DNA of 64,000 nucleotides from an uncultured Gammaproteobacteria bacterium (GCA_963714975.1 CAVQQD010000002.1:96001-160000), one strand, 5' to 3'; shown: positions 48,722 to 59,132, counted from the stretch's first letter. The notes: a model not told the origin generated them from the letters alone. Made by a program: numbers and translations.

Positions 48722-49636
48722 ATGGGTGGGTTAGTCAGCTTTGATTGGGCAATCAAACACTTATTAAGAAACAAAGCCAATTTTGATATATTGGAAGGCT
48801 TTTTATCGGAATTACTTGGGGTTCCGATTCAGGTTGAGCGAATTTTGGAGTCAGAAGGCAATAAAAATCATGCGAAGGACAAATCGAATCGGGTCGATTT
48901 ATTAGCTCTAACAGCACAGAAAGAACATGTTATTATTGAAGTCCAGTGTGACCGACAGTGGGATTATTTGAGCCGCATTTTGTATGGCACTTCGAAAGCT
49001 GTATGTGAATATTTGCACGAAGGAGACTCCTACGGCAAGATTCCTAAAATCATTTCAGTGAGCATCGTCTACTTTGATGTGGGCCAGGGCGAGGATTATC
49101 TTTATCGTGGCCAAACGGTCTTCAAGGGCTTGAACTGTCAGGATACCTTAGAGCTCAATCCTGGAGAAATGGAAATTTATTATCAAGCTAGCGGTTTGCA
49201 TTTAGAAACTCCTGAAAAAGTGTTTCCCGAATATTACCTCATCAAGGTTCCACAGTTCAGGGAGCGAATTCGAAATAAGATAGATGAATGGATTTATTTT
49301 CTTAAAAATAGCGAGATTAAGCCCAATTTTCAGGCCAAGGGCTTGCAAAGTGCAGCAAAAAAATTAGATGTTTTGGCTTTAAGTCACGAGGAGCGGCGTG
49401 CTTATGAGGATTACAAGGAGGATTTACACGATCAAGCAAGCTTTAACCTCGTCCTAGAAAAGGCGGAGAGAGATTCGCGTGCGAAAGGACATGCAGAGGG
49501 ACATGCAGAAGGTGGGAAGGAAATGCAATTATCCATAGCCAACTCATTAAAGAAAATCGGTTGGTCTGATGCTGATATTGCAAAGCATACGAATTTATCG
49601 ATAGAAGAGGTTAAAGCAATTATGGCGGATGATTAA
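48722..49636 (+). CDS. Rpn family recombination-promoting nuclease/PD-(D/E)XK putative transposase
   Basis: SFDWAIKHLLR, NRVDLLA..IIEVQ, DEWIYFLK, AKGHAEGHAEG repeats and C-terminal HTH. Confidence 0.9.
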   Translation: MGGLVSFDWAIKHLLRNKANFDILEGFLSELLGVPIQVERILESEGNKNHAKDKSNRVDLLALTAQKEHVIIEVQCDRQWDYLSRILYGTSKAVCEYLHEGDSYGKIPKIISVSIVYFDVGQGEDYLYRGQTVFKGLNCQDTLELNPGEMEIYYQASGLHLETPEKVFPEYYLIKVPQFRERIRNKIDEWIYFLKNSEIKPNFQAKGLQSAAKKLDVLALSHEERRAYEDYKEDLHDQASFNLVLEKAERDSRAKGHAEGHAEGGKEMQLSIANSLKKIGWSDADIAKHTNLSIEEVKAIMADD

Positions 49637-49644
49637 GGAACTCA

Positions 49645-50436
49645 TCAGCTCTCACTCGACGCGCGCAGTGGCAAGCAACAGGTCAGATCAAAAGGAATAG
49701 TGTGCATGGCTTGGCCAGCGCGGCCGTGGATATTTAATTCCAAAAATCGAATGCTTAATCGATGCTTACCCACGCTGATTTCTGGATAAACTTGCTTGGT
49801 GATAGGAACGGTCACTCGCAGCAAATGATAGGATAACTTAGGATCCAGAGTAAGGTGATAAAATCCTTGGTAGGCCGTGAGGGGTTGTGGCAAGGTGCTG
49901 CCCCGGGTTAGCTGCAAGAGTAATTTCACAGCTGTTTTCATCTGATCGAAGTCTGAAAACCACGCTAGCAGATCTTGGATCCGCTCTTCTGCTGGCCGCT
50001 GTAGCCATAAATAATAGGCAGGAGTGGTAAAGGGACTTGCTCCTCCCGGGTTGGCCATATGCTGTCGAATGTTTGTTAAAAAATTGTTAGATCGTAGTTG
50101 GTGCCCCATTTTATCTTGGCTTTTATAAAGGCCATCCATGAGATAATCGAGTTCAATGAGTATTTCTTGGAGCTTTTTGTGATCGACATTAGGCCGCTCC
50201 TCTAGCAGAGTAAGTGCTGTAGCATGTTGGGATAAGGCCTTGGTTATTTTTGATTTTATGTCTGGCCTATCAATGACATTAAGAGCCTCTAAAATTCCGG
50301 TTAAGGCAATCCGGCATTCCCACTCACTGTTACCACCTATGTTTTGTGCAATTTGATTGAACAAATGCTCAAGCCGCAAGCAAACTCGAATGTATTCATT
50401 CAATGGTTGCTCAAAAGTTATGGTTGCGTCCTGCAT
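49645..50436 (-). CDS. zapD: Cell division protein ZapD
   Basis: FEQPLNEYIR..LRLE, YPEISVGKHR; usual position near secA-mutT. Confidence 0.92.
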   Translation of the reverse strand: MQDATITFEQPLNEYIRVCLRLEHLFNQIAQNIGGNSEWECRIALTGILEALNVIDRPDIKSKITKALSQHATALTLLEERPNVDHKKLQEILIELDYLMDGLYKSQDKMGHQLRSNNFLTNIRQHMANPGGASPFTTPAYYLWLQRPAEERIQDLLAWFSDFDQMKTAVKLLLQLTRGSTLPQPLTAYQGFYHLTLDPKLSYHLLRVTVPITKQVYPEISVGKHRLSIRFLELNIHGRAGQAMHTIPFDLTCCLPLRASSES

Positions 50437-50553
50437 TAGAGTTCATCCCACGTAATTGAGGGGTAGATCATAACATGTAATATCATTTATAGGGATCTTT
50501 TTAAGATGCTTAAGAGTAGACAAACTTCGATCTTCATGCAATGAAAAAATCCC

Positions 50554-50644
50554 ACTCATTTCGTCATCCCGCGGCTTGTCTGCCGTCATCCCGCGGCTTG
50601 TCCGCGGGATGACGGCAGACAAGCCGCGGGACGACGGAGTGAGT
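50554..50644. repeat. Nested CGTC-tagged palindrome
   Basis: cgtcatcccgcggcttgtctgccgtcatcccgcgg-cttgt-ccgcgggatgacggcagacaagccgcgggacgacg. Confidence 0.9.
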
Positions 50645-50729
50645 AGTTAAAAAAGGGGGCAAGGGGGGATTTCTTTTAGTCAAATATTGGTTTACACTGC
50701 CTGCCTCTGTAGAATCCAAGGGTTGAAAA

Positions 50730-51356
50730 GTGTTCAAAAAATTCATGCCAAAACAGAATAATTTTTTTGCCCTTTTTCAGCAAGCGGCTCATCAAGTTGT
50801 TGAAGCAGCAGAGCAATTTGCAAAACTCGTTAGTGACGTACAACGCGCTGAACAATACGCAAGCATAATTGCTAAACATGAAGCGACCGCCGATAATTTT
50901 GCTCGCAACACTTATGATCTCTTACATAAAACTTTTATTACCCCCTTTGATCGACATGATATTCATTGCTTGACCCGTAAATTAGATGACATCCTCGATA
51001 TCATCAACCGTACTGCACAGCGCATTGCCCTCTATCAATTTTCAGCTCTTCCCGCAGGTATTGAACAAATTGCTGGATTGGTATTAACCTCCACCCAAGC
51101 CCTAAAAGTAACTTTGGGTCAGTTAGAAAATTTAAAAAATACCCCAGATATCATTCAACGTTGTCGAATAATCAGCGAGGCAGATAATAAAGCCGAAGAT
51201 ATTATGTTGCGCAACGTCAGCCTATTGTTTGTGGAAGAGCAAGATTTTAAGCAATTGCTAAAAACGAAGGAGATTTACGAATATAGCACTGAGATTCTTC
51301 ATGAATGCCATCATTTAGCAGACATTATTAAAGGCATTGTCTTGGAGTATGCTTGA
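50730..51356 (+). CDS. DUF47 phosphate transport regulator
   Basis: LHKTFITPFDRHDI..LDDILD, upstream of a PiT transporter. Confidence 0.9.
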   Translation: MFKKFMPKQNNFFALFQQAAHQVVEAAEQFAKLVSDVQRAEQYASIIAKHEATADNFARNTYDLLHKTFITPFDRHDIHCLTRKLDDILDIINRTAQRIALYQFSALPAGIEQIAGLVLTSTQALKVTLGQLENLKNTPDIIQRCRIISEADNKAEDIMLRNVSLLFVEEQDFKQLLKTKEIYEYSTEILHECHHLADIIKGIVLEYA

Positions 51357-52369
51357 TGGATGTAGGTATCTTTTTTGTTATCTTCCTTGTTGGATTAGCC
51401 CTTGTCTTTGATTTTCTTAATGGCTTTCACGATTCAGCCAACGCCATAGCCACCATTGTTTCAACCCGCACGCTCAAACCCCATTGGGCGGTAGTATGGG
51501 CCGCGTTTTTTAATTTTATTGCGTTTCTATTTTTTGAGCTGCATGTGGCGAATACCATGGGAGTGGGTTTAATTGATCCTCGTATTGTCGATCAGCAACT
51601 TATTTTTGCCACTTTAACTGGAGCCATTTTTTGGAATTTATTCACTTGGTATTACGGATTACCTTCGAGCTCATCTCATGCCTTAATCGGGGGATTATTA
51701 GGTTCTGCTTTAATGAAATCAGGGATTGACTCTGTTAATTTTGCGGGTGTTAGCAAAGTCGTTGCTTCTATTTTTATTTCACCAATATTAGGTTTTAGTT
51801 TAGGTTTGCTGTTCATGTATTTGGTGATCCGGATTTTTTTTCATTGCTCCCGAAACCGGGTTGAAAAATGGTCCAAACGAGTGCAGTTTATTTCCTCGGC
51901 GATGATGAGTTTAGGTCATGGCGCTAATGACGCGCAAAAAACGATGGGTGTGATTGCTATTTTATTGTTCTCATCGAATTTACTCGGAGAAACTTTTTAT
52001 GTGCCCTGGTGGGTGATTGTGACCTGTAATTTTGTGATGGCTTTGGGTACGTTGTTGGGAGGTTGGCGGATTGTCAGAACCATGGGTATGCGTATCACTA
52101 AATTAAAGCCGATTCATGGAAGTTGTGCAGAACTTGCGGGAGCTTGTACCTTGTTTTTGGCAACTGATTTAGGCATTCCAGTTTCTACTACTCACACTAT
52201 TGCTGGCGCTATTTTTGGGGTGGGTACCACGAATCATGCTTCTGCGGTACGTTGGGGTTTGGCAAGGCGTCTTATTATGGCTTGGTTGGTCACTCTACCT
52301 GCTGCTGCTTTAGTTGCTGCCGGAGTTTGGGTCCTCGCCAATGCTTTCCGTCATTGGATTGGCGGTTAA
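51356..52369 (+). CDS. Inorganic phosphate transporter, PiT family
   Basis: NGFHDSANAIAT, PSSSSHA, HGANDAQK, PVSTTH. Confidence 0.95.
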   Translation: MDVGIFFVIFLVGLALVFDFLNGFHDSANAIATIVSTRTLKPHWAVVWAAFFNFIAFLFFELHVANTMGVGLIDPRIVDQQLIFATLTGAIFWNLFTWYYGLPSSSSHALIGGLLGSALMKSGIDSVNFAGVSKVVASIFISPILGFSLGLLFMYLVIRIFFHCSRNRVEKWSKRVQFISSAMMSLGHGANDAQKTMGVIAILLFSSNLLGETFYVPWWVIVTCNFVMALGTLLGGWRIVRTMGMRITKLKPIHGSCAELAGACTLFLATDLGIPVSTTHTIAGAIFGVGTTNHASAVRWGLARRLIMAWLVTLPAAALVAAGVWVLANAFRHWIGG

Positions 52370-52603
52370 ACGCAAGAATTTCTGCAGCAATTGTTCTTTA
52401 GATTCGACATGCGCGGGATCTAGTGGAATGCAATTCACGGGACAGACTTGTTGACATTGCGGCATATCGAAGTGGCCAACACATTCAGTGCATTTATTGG
52501 GGTTGATTTCATAAATCAGTTCACCCTGATAAATGGCCTGGTTGGGGCATTCGGGTTCGCAAACATCACAATTGATACATTCTTCAGTAATTTTAAGTGC
52601 CAT
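52310..52603 (-). CDS. YfhL-type 2x[4Fe-4S] ferredoxin
   Basis: CINCDVCEPECP and CTECVGH..PQCQQVCP; downstream of coaD. Confidence 0.93.
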   Translation of the reverse strand: MALKITEECINCDVCEPECPNQAIYQGELIYEINPNKCTECVGHFDMPQCQQVCPVNCIPLDPAHVESKEQLLQKFLRLTANPMTESIGEDPNSGSN

Positions 52604-53123
52604 ATATGTCATGATTCCTTCTCCCCTTGTGGGAGAAGGCGGATGAGGGATGAGCTTCATTACATGCTGTAACTACTTTGGGTGGCACAAACAGCGAAAT
52701 ATCCCCGCCCATGCGAGCTATTTCTCGCACAATGGTAGAAGAAATCGAGGCAAATTGCGCCTCTGATTTTAAAAATAGGGTTTCAATATGCGCATCCATC
52801 ATCTGGTTCATGCCCGCCATTTGGAACTCATATTCCATATCGCCGATACCGCGGATTCCTCGTAATATTATCTGTAAATGATGTTCTTGCATAAAATCAA
52901 CTAGCAAGCCGGAAAAACTGGCTATGGAAACATTTTCAAAGGAAAGGAAAATTTCCCGAGCAATCGCCACTCGCTGTTCTAAGGAAAATAGCGGCGTTTT
53001 TGCGGGATTAGTGGCGATGGCAACCACTACTTGGTCGAACAAATGAGAAGCTCGCTCAACAAGATTGACATGCCCATGAGTGATAGGATCGAAAGTACCT
53101 GGATAAACAATTTTTTTGATCAT
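52593..53123 (-). CDS. coaD: Phosphopantetheine adenylyltransferase
   Basis: YPGTFDPITHGH, RGIRG, ISSTIVREIA; ATG at 53123. Confidence 0.96.
   Translation of the reverse strand: MIKKIVYPGTFDPITHGHVNLVERASHLFDQVVVAIATNPAKTPLFSLEQRVAIAREIFLSFENVSIASFSGLLVDFMQEHHLQIILRGIRGIGDMEYEFQMAGMNQMMDAHIETLFLKSEAQFASISSTIVREIARMGGDISLFVPPKVVTACNEAHPSSAFSHKGRRNHDIYGT
52614..52652. repeat. boxC-like hairpin repeat inside the coaD 3' end
   Basis: attccttctccccttgtgggagaaggcggatgagggat. Confidence 0.85.
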
Positions 53124-53153
53124 GGTTAGTATGCTAACATAGCTGTCTCCTAA

Positions 53154-53247
53154 CGTCATCCCGAGGAGCAACGTCATCCCGAGCGAAGCGAGGGATCTCC
53201 TACAACTGGTATGGGGATCCTTCATCGCAAAAGCTTCTCGGGATGAC
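53154..53247. repeat. CGTC-tagged palindromic element
   Basis: cgtcatcccgag twice, cgagcgaagcgagggatct...ctcgggatgac. Confidence 0.8.
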
Positions 53248-53274
53248 AAACACATAAAAAAAGAGAACACTATT

Positions 53275-53991
53275 ATGAGACCAAGTCAACGTGCTGCTGA
53301 AGAGATGCGATCTATCACTATTACTCGCCATTTTACTAAACATGCAGAAGGCTCAGTGCTGGTAAGCTTTGGAGACACCAAGGTGTTATGCACTGCTAGC
53401 ATTATCCCAGGGGTACCACGCTTTATGAAAGATTCAGGCCGTGGTTGGGTGACTGCGGAATATGGGATGTTGCCCAGATCCACTCATGAACGTACGGATC
53501 GCGAAGCGGCTCGGGGGCGCCAAGGGGGCAGAACCTTGGAAATCCAGCGCTTAATTGGCCGCTCATTACGCTCAGCAGTTGATCTCAAAGCTTTGGGCGA
53601 ATATACCATCACCATTGATTGTGATGTGTTACAAGCGGATGGTGGTACACGCACGGCTGCAATTACCGGCAGTTGTGTGGCCTTATTTGATGCTATTAAT
53701 TATCTACGTGAAACCCGTAAGTTTAACAAAGAACCTTTTAAACGCTGGATTGCCTCGGTTTCAGTTGGTGTTTATGAAAATAAGCCGGTGCTGGATCTCG
53801 ATTATAAAGAAGATTCTGCTGCGGATATGGATATGAATGTGGTGATGACCGAAGCCGGCGAATTTATTGAAATTCAGGGCACCGCAGAAAAAGCAGCGTT
53901 CAATAATGAGCAGCTTGCTATTTTGCTAAGCCTTGCTGATCACGGAATCAAAAATTTAATCGAAAAACAAAAGGCTTCGGTGCTGCTTTAA
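53275..53991 (+). CDS. rph: Ribonuclease PH
   Basis: [40 protein letters not shown]. Confidence 0.98.
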   Translation: MRPSQRAAEEMRSITITRHFTKHAEGSVLVSFGDTKVLCTASIIPGVPRFMKDSGRGWVTAEYGMLPRSTHERTDREAARGRQGGRTLEIQRLIGRSLRSAVDLKALGEYTITIDCDVLQADGGTRTAAITGSCVALFDAINYLRETRKFNKEPFKRWIASVSVGVYENKPVLDLDYKEDSAADMDMNVVMTEAGEFIEIQGTAEKAAFNNEQLAILLSLADHGIKNLIEKQKASVLL

Positions 53992-54409
53992 GAAGAATGT
54001 CAGCGTCGCCAAATTTCTGTTAATTTATCAAAAAGGCGTGATAATCTTGAAAATGAAATAAAGTTTACTTCACACTGATCGATAATAATTTTTTTATTAA
54101 AATCTTTGGTGATATAAAAACCGTGTTTGGGTAAATACGCGTCAATAAAAGAACGAAATCCTCTGCTAATTACAGCGCCTTTCATATTTCTAAATTTAAC
54201 TTCAATTGGAATAACCGAGTTTTCGTAGCATAGTATAAAATCAACTTCTGCACCGCTTTGAGTTCGCCAAAAATGAATGTTGGCATCATAAAAATTTTGC
54301 ATTTTAAACTTTAACAATTCTTGAAAAACCGCACTTTGAACTAATAAACCTAAGTCAAGTCGAGTTTCAAGCGGCTGGGATAAATTATGCAATGACTGAT
54401 TTCTAAAAC

Positions 54410-55959
54410 CAATGGCACTACCTTAAGGAGCAAAGATGAATATAAGCCTATGATTTAGATGAAAAAAGATGAAATCAGTTTCCAAATTTAATATTATTGT
54501 TGTAGCAAACACACAATAATAAAAAAAGGAAACTGATCTGTGAATTTTAAAAAGAAAAATAAAATTAAGCAAGTTAAAAATAAAAGACAAGAATTGGCTG
54601 ATGGTGCACCAGACATTTTCCTGTTAAACCTATTGAATTCAGAAAAATGTCAGAAGATACTTAGAGAGTGCCGGGAATATCGTGACCGGATATATAGCCC
54701 CACCAAAACCTTATTTACGTTTATTAAACAAGTTTTAAATCCAGATAAATCCTGCAAAAAAGCGGTTGCTGGTGTTGTTGTGGAGCAGCTGCATAGTAAA
54801 AAAAAGAAGCAGAATAAAATAAGCTCAAATACTGGCCCCTATTGTAAGGCCAGAAAGCGATTGCCTGAAGATACTGTGAAGGCATTAGTTAAAGAATCTG
54901 GAGCTTTCCCTTTGAAATCTATTCCAATGAGATGGAAAGTCTATGGCCGAGAATTAAAAGCATTTGATGGATCTACCGTCAAAATGTCGGATACAAAAGC
55001 TAATCAAAAAAAATTTCCTCAGCATGGTAATCAGAAAAAAGGGGCTGGATTTCCTATGGCGCGAATAGTAGCCGTTATGTCACTGACGCGGGGAACCGTA
55101 ATAGATTATGCAATAGGGGCTCACAAAGGAAAGGGCACAGGAGAAATCTCATTATTAAGAGAAATTATAAACTGCATTAAAGCCGACGATATTGTGCTGG
55201 GTGACCGTTATTACCCCAATTTTTTTCTTATGGCGGACTTAAAAAAAATAGGAGCTGATGGTGTTTTTCGCGGACAAAGTCAAAGGAATTATGATTTTAG
55301 AATGGGACAAAAATTGGGTAAAAATGATCACATTGTCAACTGGGAGAAACCACAGAAACCGGAATGGATGACACAAAAGCAATATGAGGCATACCCCGAT
55401 CAAATTTCCATACGGGAATTTAAAGTATCAGGCCACATATACGTTACAACATTTTTAGACAAAAAATACCACAAAGCAGAGCTTGCCCAAATATATAAGC
55501 GAAGGTGGGAGGTGGAGCTTAATTTGCGAAGTATTAAAAGTATCATGAATATGGATATGTTATCGTGCAAAACACCAGAAATGGTTAGAAAAGAAATAGG
55601 AATTCATTTATTAGCATATAATTTTATCAGAATAATTATAGCAAAAGCTTGTTATGAGTATGGCGTTAATCCATGGGAAATAAGCTTTAAGGGAAGTGTG
55701 CAGCTACTAAATGAATTTATTCCTTATTTTATAAGCTCAAATCAGGTGAGCAACCATAAAATGTATATTGAGATGTTAAAATTAATTGTGCAAAACAAAG
55801 TTGGAAATAGACCAGATAGGGTGGAGCCCAGGCTAGTCAAGCAAAGACCGAAACCATTTCCAGCCTTGAAGAGAAACAGAGCAATCGAAAAAGAAAAATT
55901 GCTACGTAAAATAAATAAAAGGATTTTAAAATATTCTGTGGCTTAAGGTAGTGCCATTG
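54410..55959 (+). mobile_element. IS4-family insertion sequence, 1550 bp
   Basis: 18-bp perfect inverted repeats caatggcactaccttaag; 11-bp target duplication atttctaaaac at 54399-54409 and 55960-55970. Confidence 0.95.
54540..55946 (+). CDS. IS4-family DDE transposase (intact)
   Basis: AFDGST, LGDRYY, YKRRWEVELNLRSIK (YREK motif). Confidence 0.93.
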   Translation: MNFKKKNKIKQVKNKRQELADGAPDIFLLNLLNSEKCQKILRECREYRDRIYSPTKTLFTFIKQVLNPDKSCKKAVAGVVVEQLHSKKKKQNKISSNTGPYCKARKRLPEDTVKALVKESGAFPLKSIPMRWKVYGRELKAFDGSTVKMSDTKANQKKFPQHGNQKKGAGFPMARIVAVMSLTRGTVIDYAIGAHKGKGTGEISLLREIINCIKADDIVLGDRYYPNFFLMADLKKIGADGVFRGQSQRNYDFRMGQKLGKNDHIVNWEKPQKPEWMTQKQYEAYPDQISIREFKVSGHIYVTTFLDKKYHKAELAQIYKRRWEVELNLRSIKSIMNMDMLSCKTPEMVRKEIGIHLLAYNFIRIIIAKACYEYGVNPWEISFKGSVQLLNEFIPYFISSNQVSNHKMYIEMLKLIVQNKVGNRPDRVEPRLVKQRPKPFPALKRNRAIEKEKLLRKINKRILKYSVA

Positions 55960-56848
55960 ATTTCTAAAACCATTGTCAATAAAATAAAAAATGGGATTAC
56001 TAGTAATTTCTTTGCGTTTATTCCCGACGAAAGGCAAAACACGTGCGAGAATATAAGTGTTTTCCAATATGGAAAGATAGTTTTGGATTGTTGCAGACGC
56101 TGCCTGGCAATCAGTAGCTAATTGATTGTAATTTACTAATTGTCCCGAGCTATGTGCAATTAGTGTGATAAGGTTTTGCATAACATCGGCTTTGCTGACT
56201 TTTAAAATTTCAATAATATCTTTGTTAATGTAATCTCTATAAATTTGCTGCAGTAGCAGTGTTTTTTCGCTCGATTTTACTACAGCAGGGTAGCAACCAT
56301 AAATGAGCCGTTGTTTTCCGTCTATTTGAACTATTTCTTGATAACTCAACGGCAGTACCAATACTTCCAAGTGACGGCCGGTTAAATATTCCTGCACCTT
56401 GCTTTTCATTTCTAATTGCGAAGAACCAGTCGCAATCATTTTGATATTTAGCTTTAAGTCAGCACATGCTTTTAATAACAAACCTGGGTTTTCTAGGCGT
56501 TGAACTTCATCAATTAAAATTATCGGTTTTTCCAGCTGAAACTCTTCCATCGCTTCTTGAATAAATAGCGGGGTGGTTAGCCAATCTCTAACGTCGATTA
56601 GATCACAATTAAGATACAATAAGTTGTTAAAGCGTTGCTGGGTAATGAGTTGCTGCGCCAAATGCATCGCTAAAGTGGTCTTTCCAGCCTGACGAGGCCC
56701 GACTAATACCAGCCACAGCTTATCCCATTCGGGCAATAGCAGCTTCGATGCCTGAAGGCGGGGTATATAGCCATCATTGCTAATAGGCAACTTTGGGTTT
56801 TTGAGCCAGGGATTAGCTTGGTGGATAAGCTTAATGAGCTGATCTTTC

Positions 56849-56898
56849 ATTTTAACCGGGTTAATATTAAGTATGGTTTATATTAACCCGGTTAAAAT
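56849..56898. promoter_or_regulatory. Perfect 19-bp inverted repeat over the DUF4143 gene start, putative operator
   Basis: attttaaccgggttaatat-12 nt-atattaacccggttaaaat. Confidence 0.6.
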
Positions 56899-56926
56899 TA
56901 AAGATCAAGGATTTATTCCCATTTTC

Positions 56927-57490
56927 TTAATCAGTAAACACCTCATCTAAACTTCCAGCATCAAGTACACGATCTCCCCACAAGAGTATCAGGGTCTGCT
57001 TGCTGAACGCGTATTAAATAATTAGAGGGTATCTGGTGAAAGCGACGCTGCAGTAGGCGAATTAATAAGATAGATTCACCTTCTTGAATCCCTTCCTGTC
57101 TGCCAATGCGTTGGGCAGTATTTATATAATTCATGCGTTTTTCCTCTTCGATATGTCTTACGGCCTGATTGTATATTGGTTCAAATTCTTTGGGAAGGGC
57201 GATCTTAGCCTTTAGGCGTGCTTCACTATCTCTCTGTGTTTCTAATACAAGTAATTGTGCCAGCATTATCATTGCGAAACGATTGTTGATAGCTTCAAGC
57301 TCTTGTCGACGGTTTGGAAAGTCCCATAATTTTATTACCAGATAACGAATTTCTAGATAGGTATCAAAAGATTGCTCGCGATGATAATCGATTCGCCAAT
57401 TGCGATCATCATCAATCAAGATTGCAATGCTGAGGATAGGCAACTGATATAAATCATAAGCTCGGCAGCGATATACCATCATCCGTTGTA
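56927..57490 (-). pseudogene. Rpn/DUF4351-like gene remnant
   Basis: RMMVYRCRAYD..ILSIAIL, MNYINTAQRIGRQEG; N-terminus missing; frameshifted tail WGDRVLDAGSLDEVFTD. Confidence 0.8.
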
Positions 57491-58004
57491 GTGGTGCTAC
57501 GCAGTATGAAGAAAAAATCAACGAAAAATGTTGCATTATTAAGAAAGTCTGAGCATAATGCGCAAGCGCAGTCAACGAGGTATGCACCCTTGCCGACTGC
57601 TGGTCACAACAAAAATCTTAACAGGAGATTTTCATCATGGTTGCAACTAGTGTACCGCATCGTGCGTTTTCGCAAAACAGTTTTTGGCACTTGCCACTCA
57701 ACTTAAATCATTGTTTTGCCTGGTTCAGGCAAACCTACAGAGCTATTTCATTTAAATCCTCGCAGTCCATGATGCATTGTGACGCTGGAATAGCTTTTGG
57801 GAATGGTTTGGGCGGTGGCGAAATGCCAGAGGTTGGGTAGGTAAAATGGTAGAGGTGGTTATGGTGGAGCAGCGGGCTCCGCTGCTCTGCTTTAATCTTT
57901 AGTCTTCTACCATTCCTGCCCGCAACGCACCTATCTGATAATTTCCAATTTGTGTGTGTGTAGCATCTTCATTTTCTTACAACAACAACTATCAGGAGCA
58001 TTCT

Positions 58005-58430
58005 ATGCATAAAAAAGAAAAAACCCCTCCCATCGCGCGAACTTTATTGGTCGAAGATAATTTAATGTGTGGCAAGGCACAACAAGGATTGTTGCGGATC
58101 GCTCATTGTCAGGTAGACCTAGTTCCTAACGCGACTGAAGCCTTAAATAAAATCGAAAACGAAAGTCCTTACGATTTTGCCGTAGTGGATCTTGGCCTTC
58201 CTGATATGAGCGGCCTCGAATTAGCGCGCGCTATTCGCAAGTTTCCGGATAACATTGGCGCGTTACCGATTATTATTTTAACCGCACATGGCAATGAAGA
58301 GCATAAACAAGAAGCGCGAGAATGTGGCTGTAATGGTTTTTTATTTAAGCCACTTTCCTATGAATTATGTGAGGAATTGGTTAAGCGCTTTGTATTATCT
58401 CGTTATAAGGATTATTTTATGGAAAACTAG
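58005..58430 (+). CDS. Single-domain response regulator (receiver)
   Basis: LLVEDN, VDLGLPDMSG, LTAH, FKP; CAGGAG RBS. Confidence 0.92.
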   Translation: MHKKEKTPPIARTLLVEDNLMCGKAQQGLLRIAHCQVDLVPNATEALNKIENESPYDFAVVDLGLPDMSGLELARAIRKFPDNIGALPIIILTAHGNEEHKQEARECGCNGFLFKPLSYELCEELVKRFVLSRYKDYFMEN

Positions 58431-58442
58431 TATTCCTCTTAA

Positions 58443-58469
58443 ATCCCTCTCCCGCAAGGGAGAGGATTC
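58443..58469. repeat. boxC-like hairpin repeat
   Basis: atccctctcccgcaagggagaggat. Confidence 0.75.
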
Positions 58470-58558
58470 ATGAAGCAATAGCTTGAAAAGTTGAGCTCTG
58501 GTAGCTATACTCACTGGACCAATTTTAAATATATCAACGATTCGCGGAAAGCTTGCAT

Positions 58559-59086
58559 ATGCCATACCCCGCCAAAACCATTGCCAATTATTTTATCGAA
58601 AAAGCTATAGAGCAAGGCGATAAAACTTTAAATCCAATGAAGTTATTAAAGTTAATCTATATAGCTCATGGTTGGAGCTTAGCTGTTTATAACAAACCGT
58701 TGATAGATGAAACAATTGAGGCTTGGAAATATGGTCCGGTAATACCCAATGTGTATCATTCAGTTAAACATTTTGGAATGAATCCTATTGCTGAAGTTGT
58801 TAAGGATTTAGATATAGATGATCAAAGAAATGTAGTTATAAACAAGTACGAAGAAAATTTCCCTGAAGAAACTAAGGAATTTCTAGGGCAAATAATTAAA
58901 GCTTATAAAGAAAACACCGGAATACAGCTTTCTAATTGGAGTCATAAGCCTGATAGTCCATGGGATAAGGCGTGGCGCAATGGTGGTAATAAGCGAGATT
59001 TTTGCTCTATACCTAATGAAGATATAAAACAATATTTCTTACAATGGAAGAAGGAGCATCAAAATTCCAGCCATGTCATAACTTAA
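58559..59086 (+). CDS. DUF4065/SocA (Panacea) antitoxin-like protein
   Basis: IANYF, MKLLKLIY.AHG, EAWKYGPV, LSNWSH..SPW. Confidence 0.92.
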   Translation: MPYPAKTIANYFIEKAIEQGDKTLNPMKLLKLIYIAHGWSLAVYNKPLIDETIEAWKYGPVIPNVYHSVKHFGMNPIAEVVKDLDIDDQRNVVINKYEENFPEETKEFLGQIIKAYKENTGIQLSNWSHKPDSPWDKAWRNGGNKRDFCSIPNEDIKQYFLQWKKEHQNSSHVIT

Positions 59087-59132
59087 TTTACCTAGCGTTA
59101 CCGCGAATGGAAGTGCTGATTTAAAGACGGAA

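Larger units (their letters stand above)
54000..56850 (-). pseudogene. AAA_14/DUF4143 ATP-binding protein (about 429 aa when rejoined), interrupted by an IS4-family element
   Basis: GPRQAGKTT, IDEVQ, TGSS, EVDFI..PIEVK; removing the IS restores DNGFRNQ-SLHNLSQ. Confidence 0.92.

Noticed and set aside
50495-50516. TTAA pair upstream of zapD as a PmrA box
   Set aside because: The half-sites are 9 nt apart rather than 11 and the central TT is missing.
52310-52369. 60-nt convergent overlap of the ferredoxin and pit 3' ends
   Set aside because: Most simply explained by loss of a stop codon; no evidence of function.
57771-57967. Calling the long hairpin 6S RNA (ssrS)
   Set aside because: No recognisable 6S sequence motifs or the usual zapA-ygfA context; kept only as an unassigned structured candidate.
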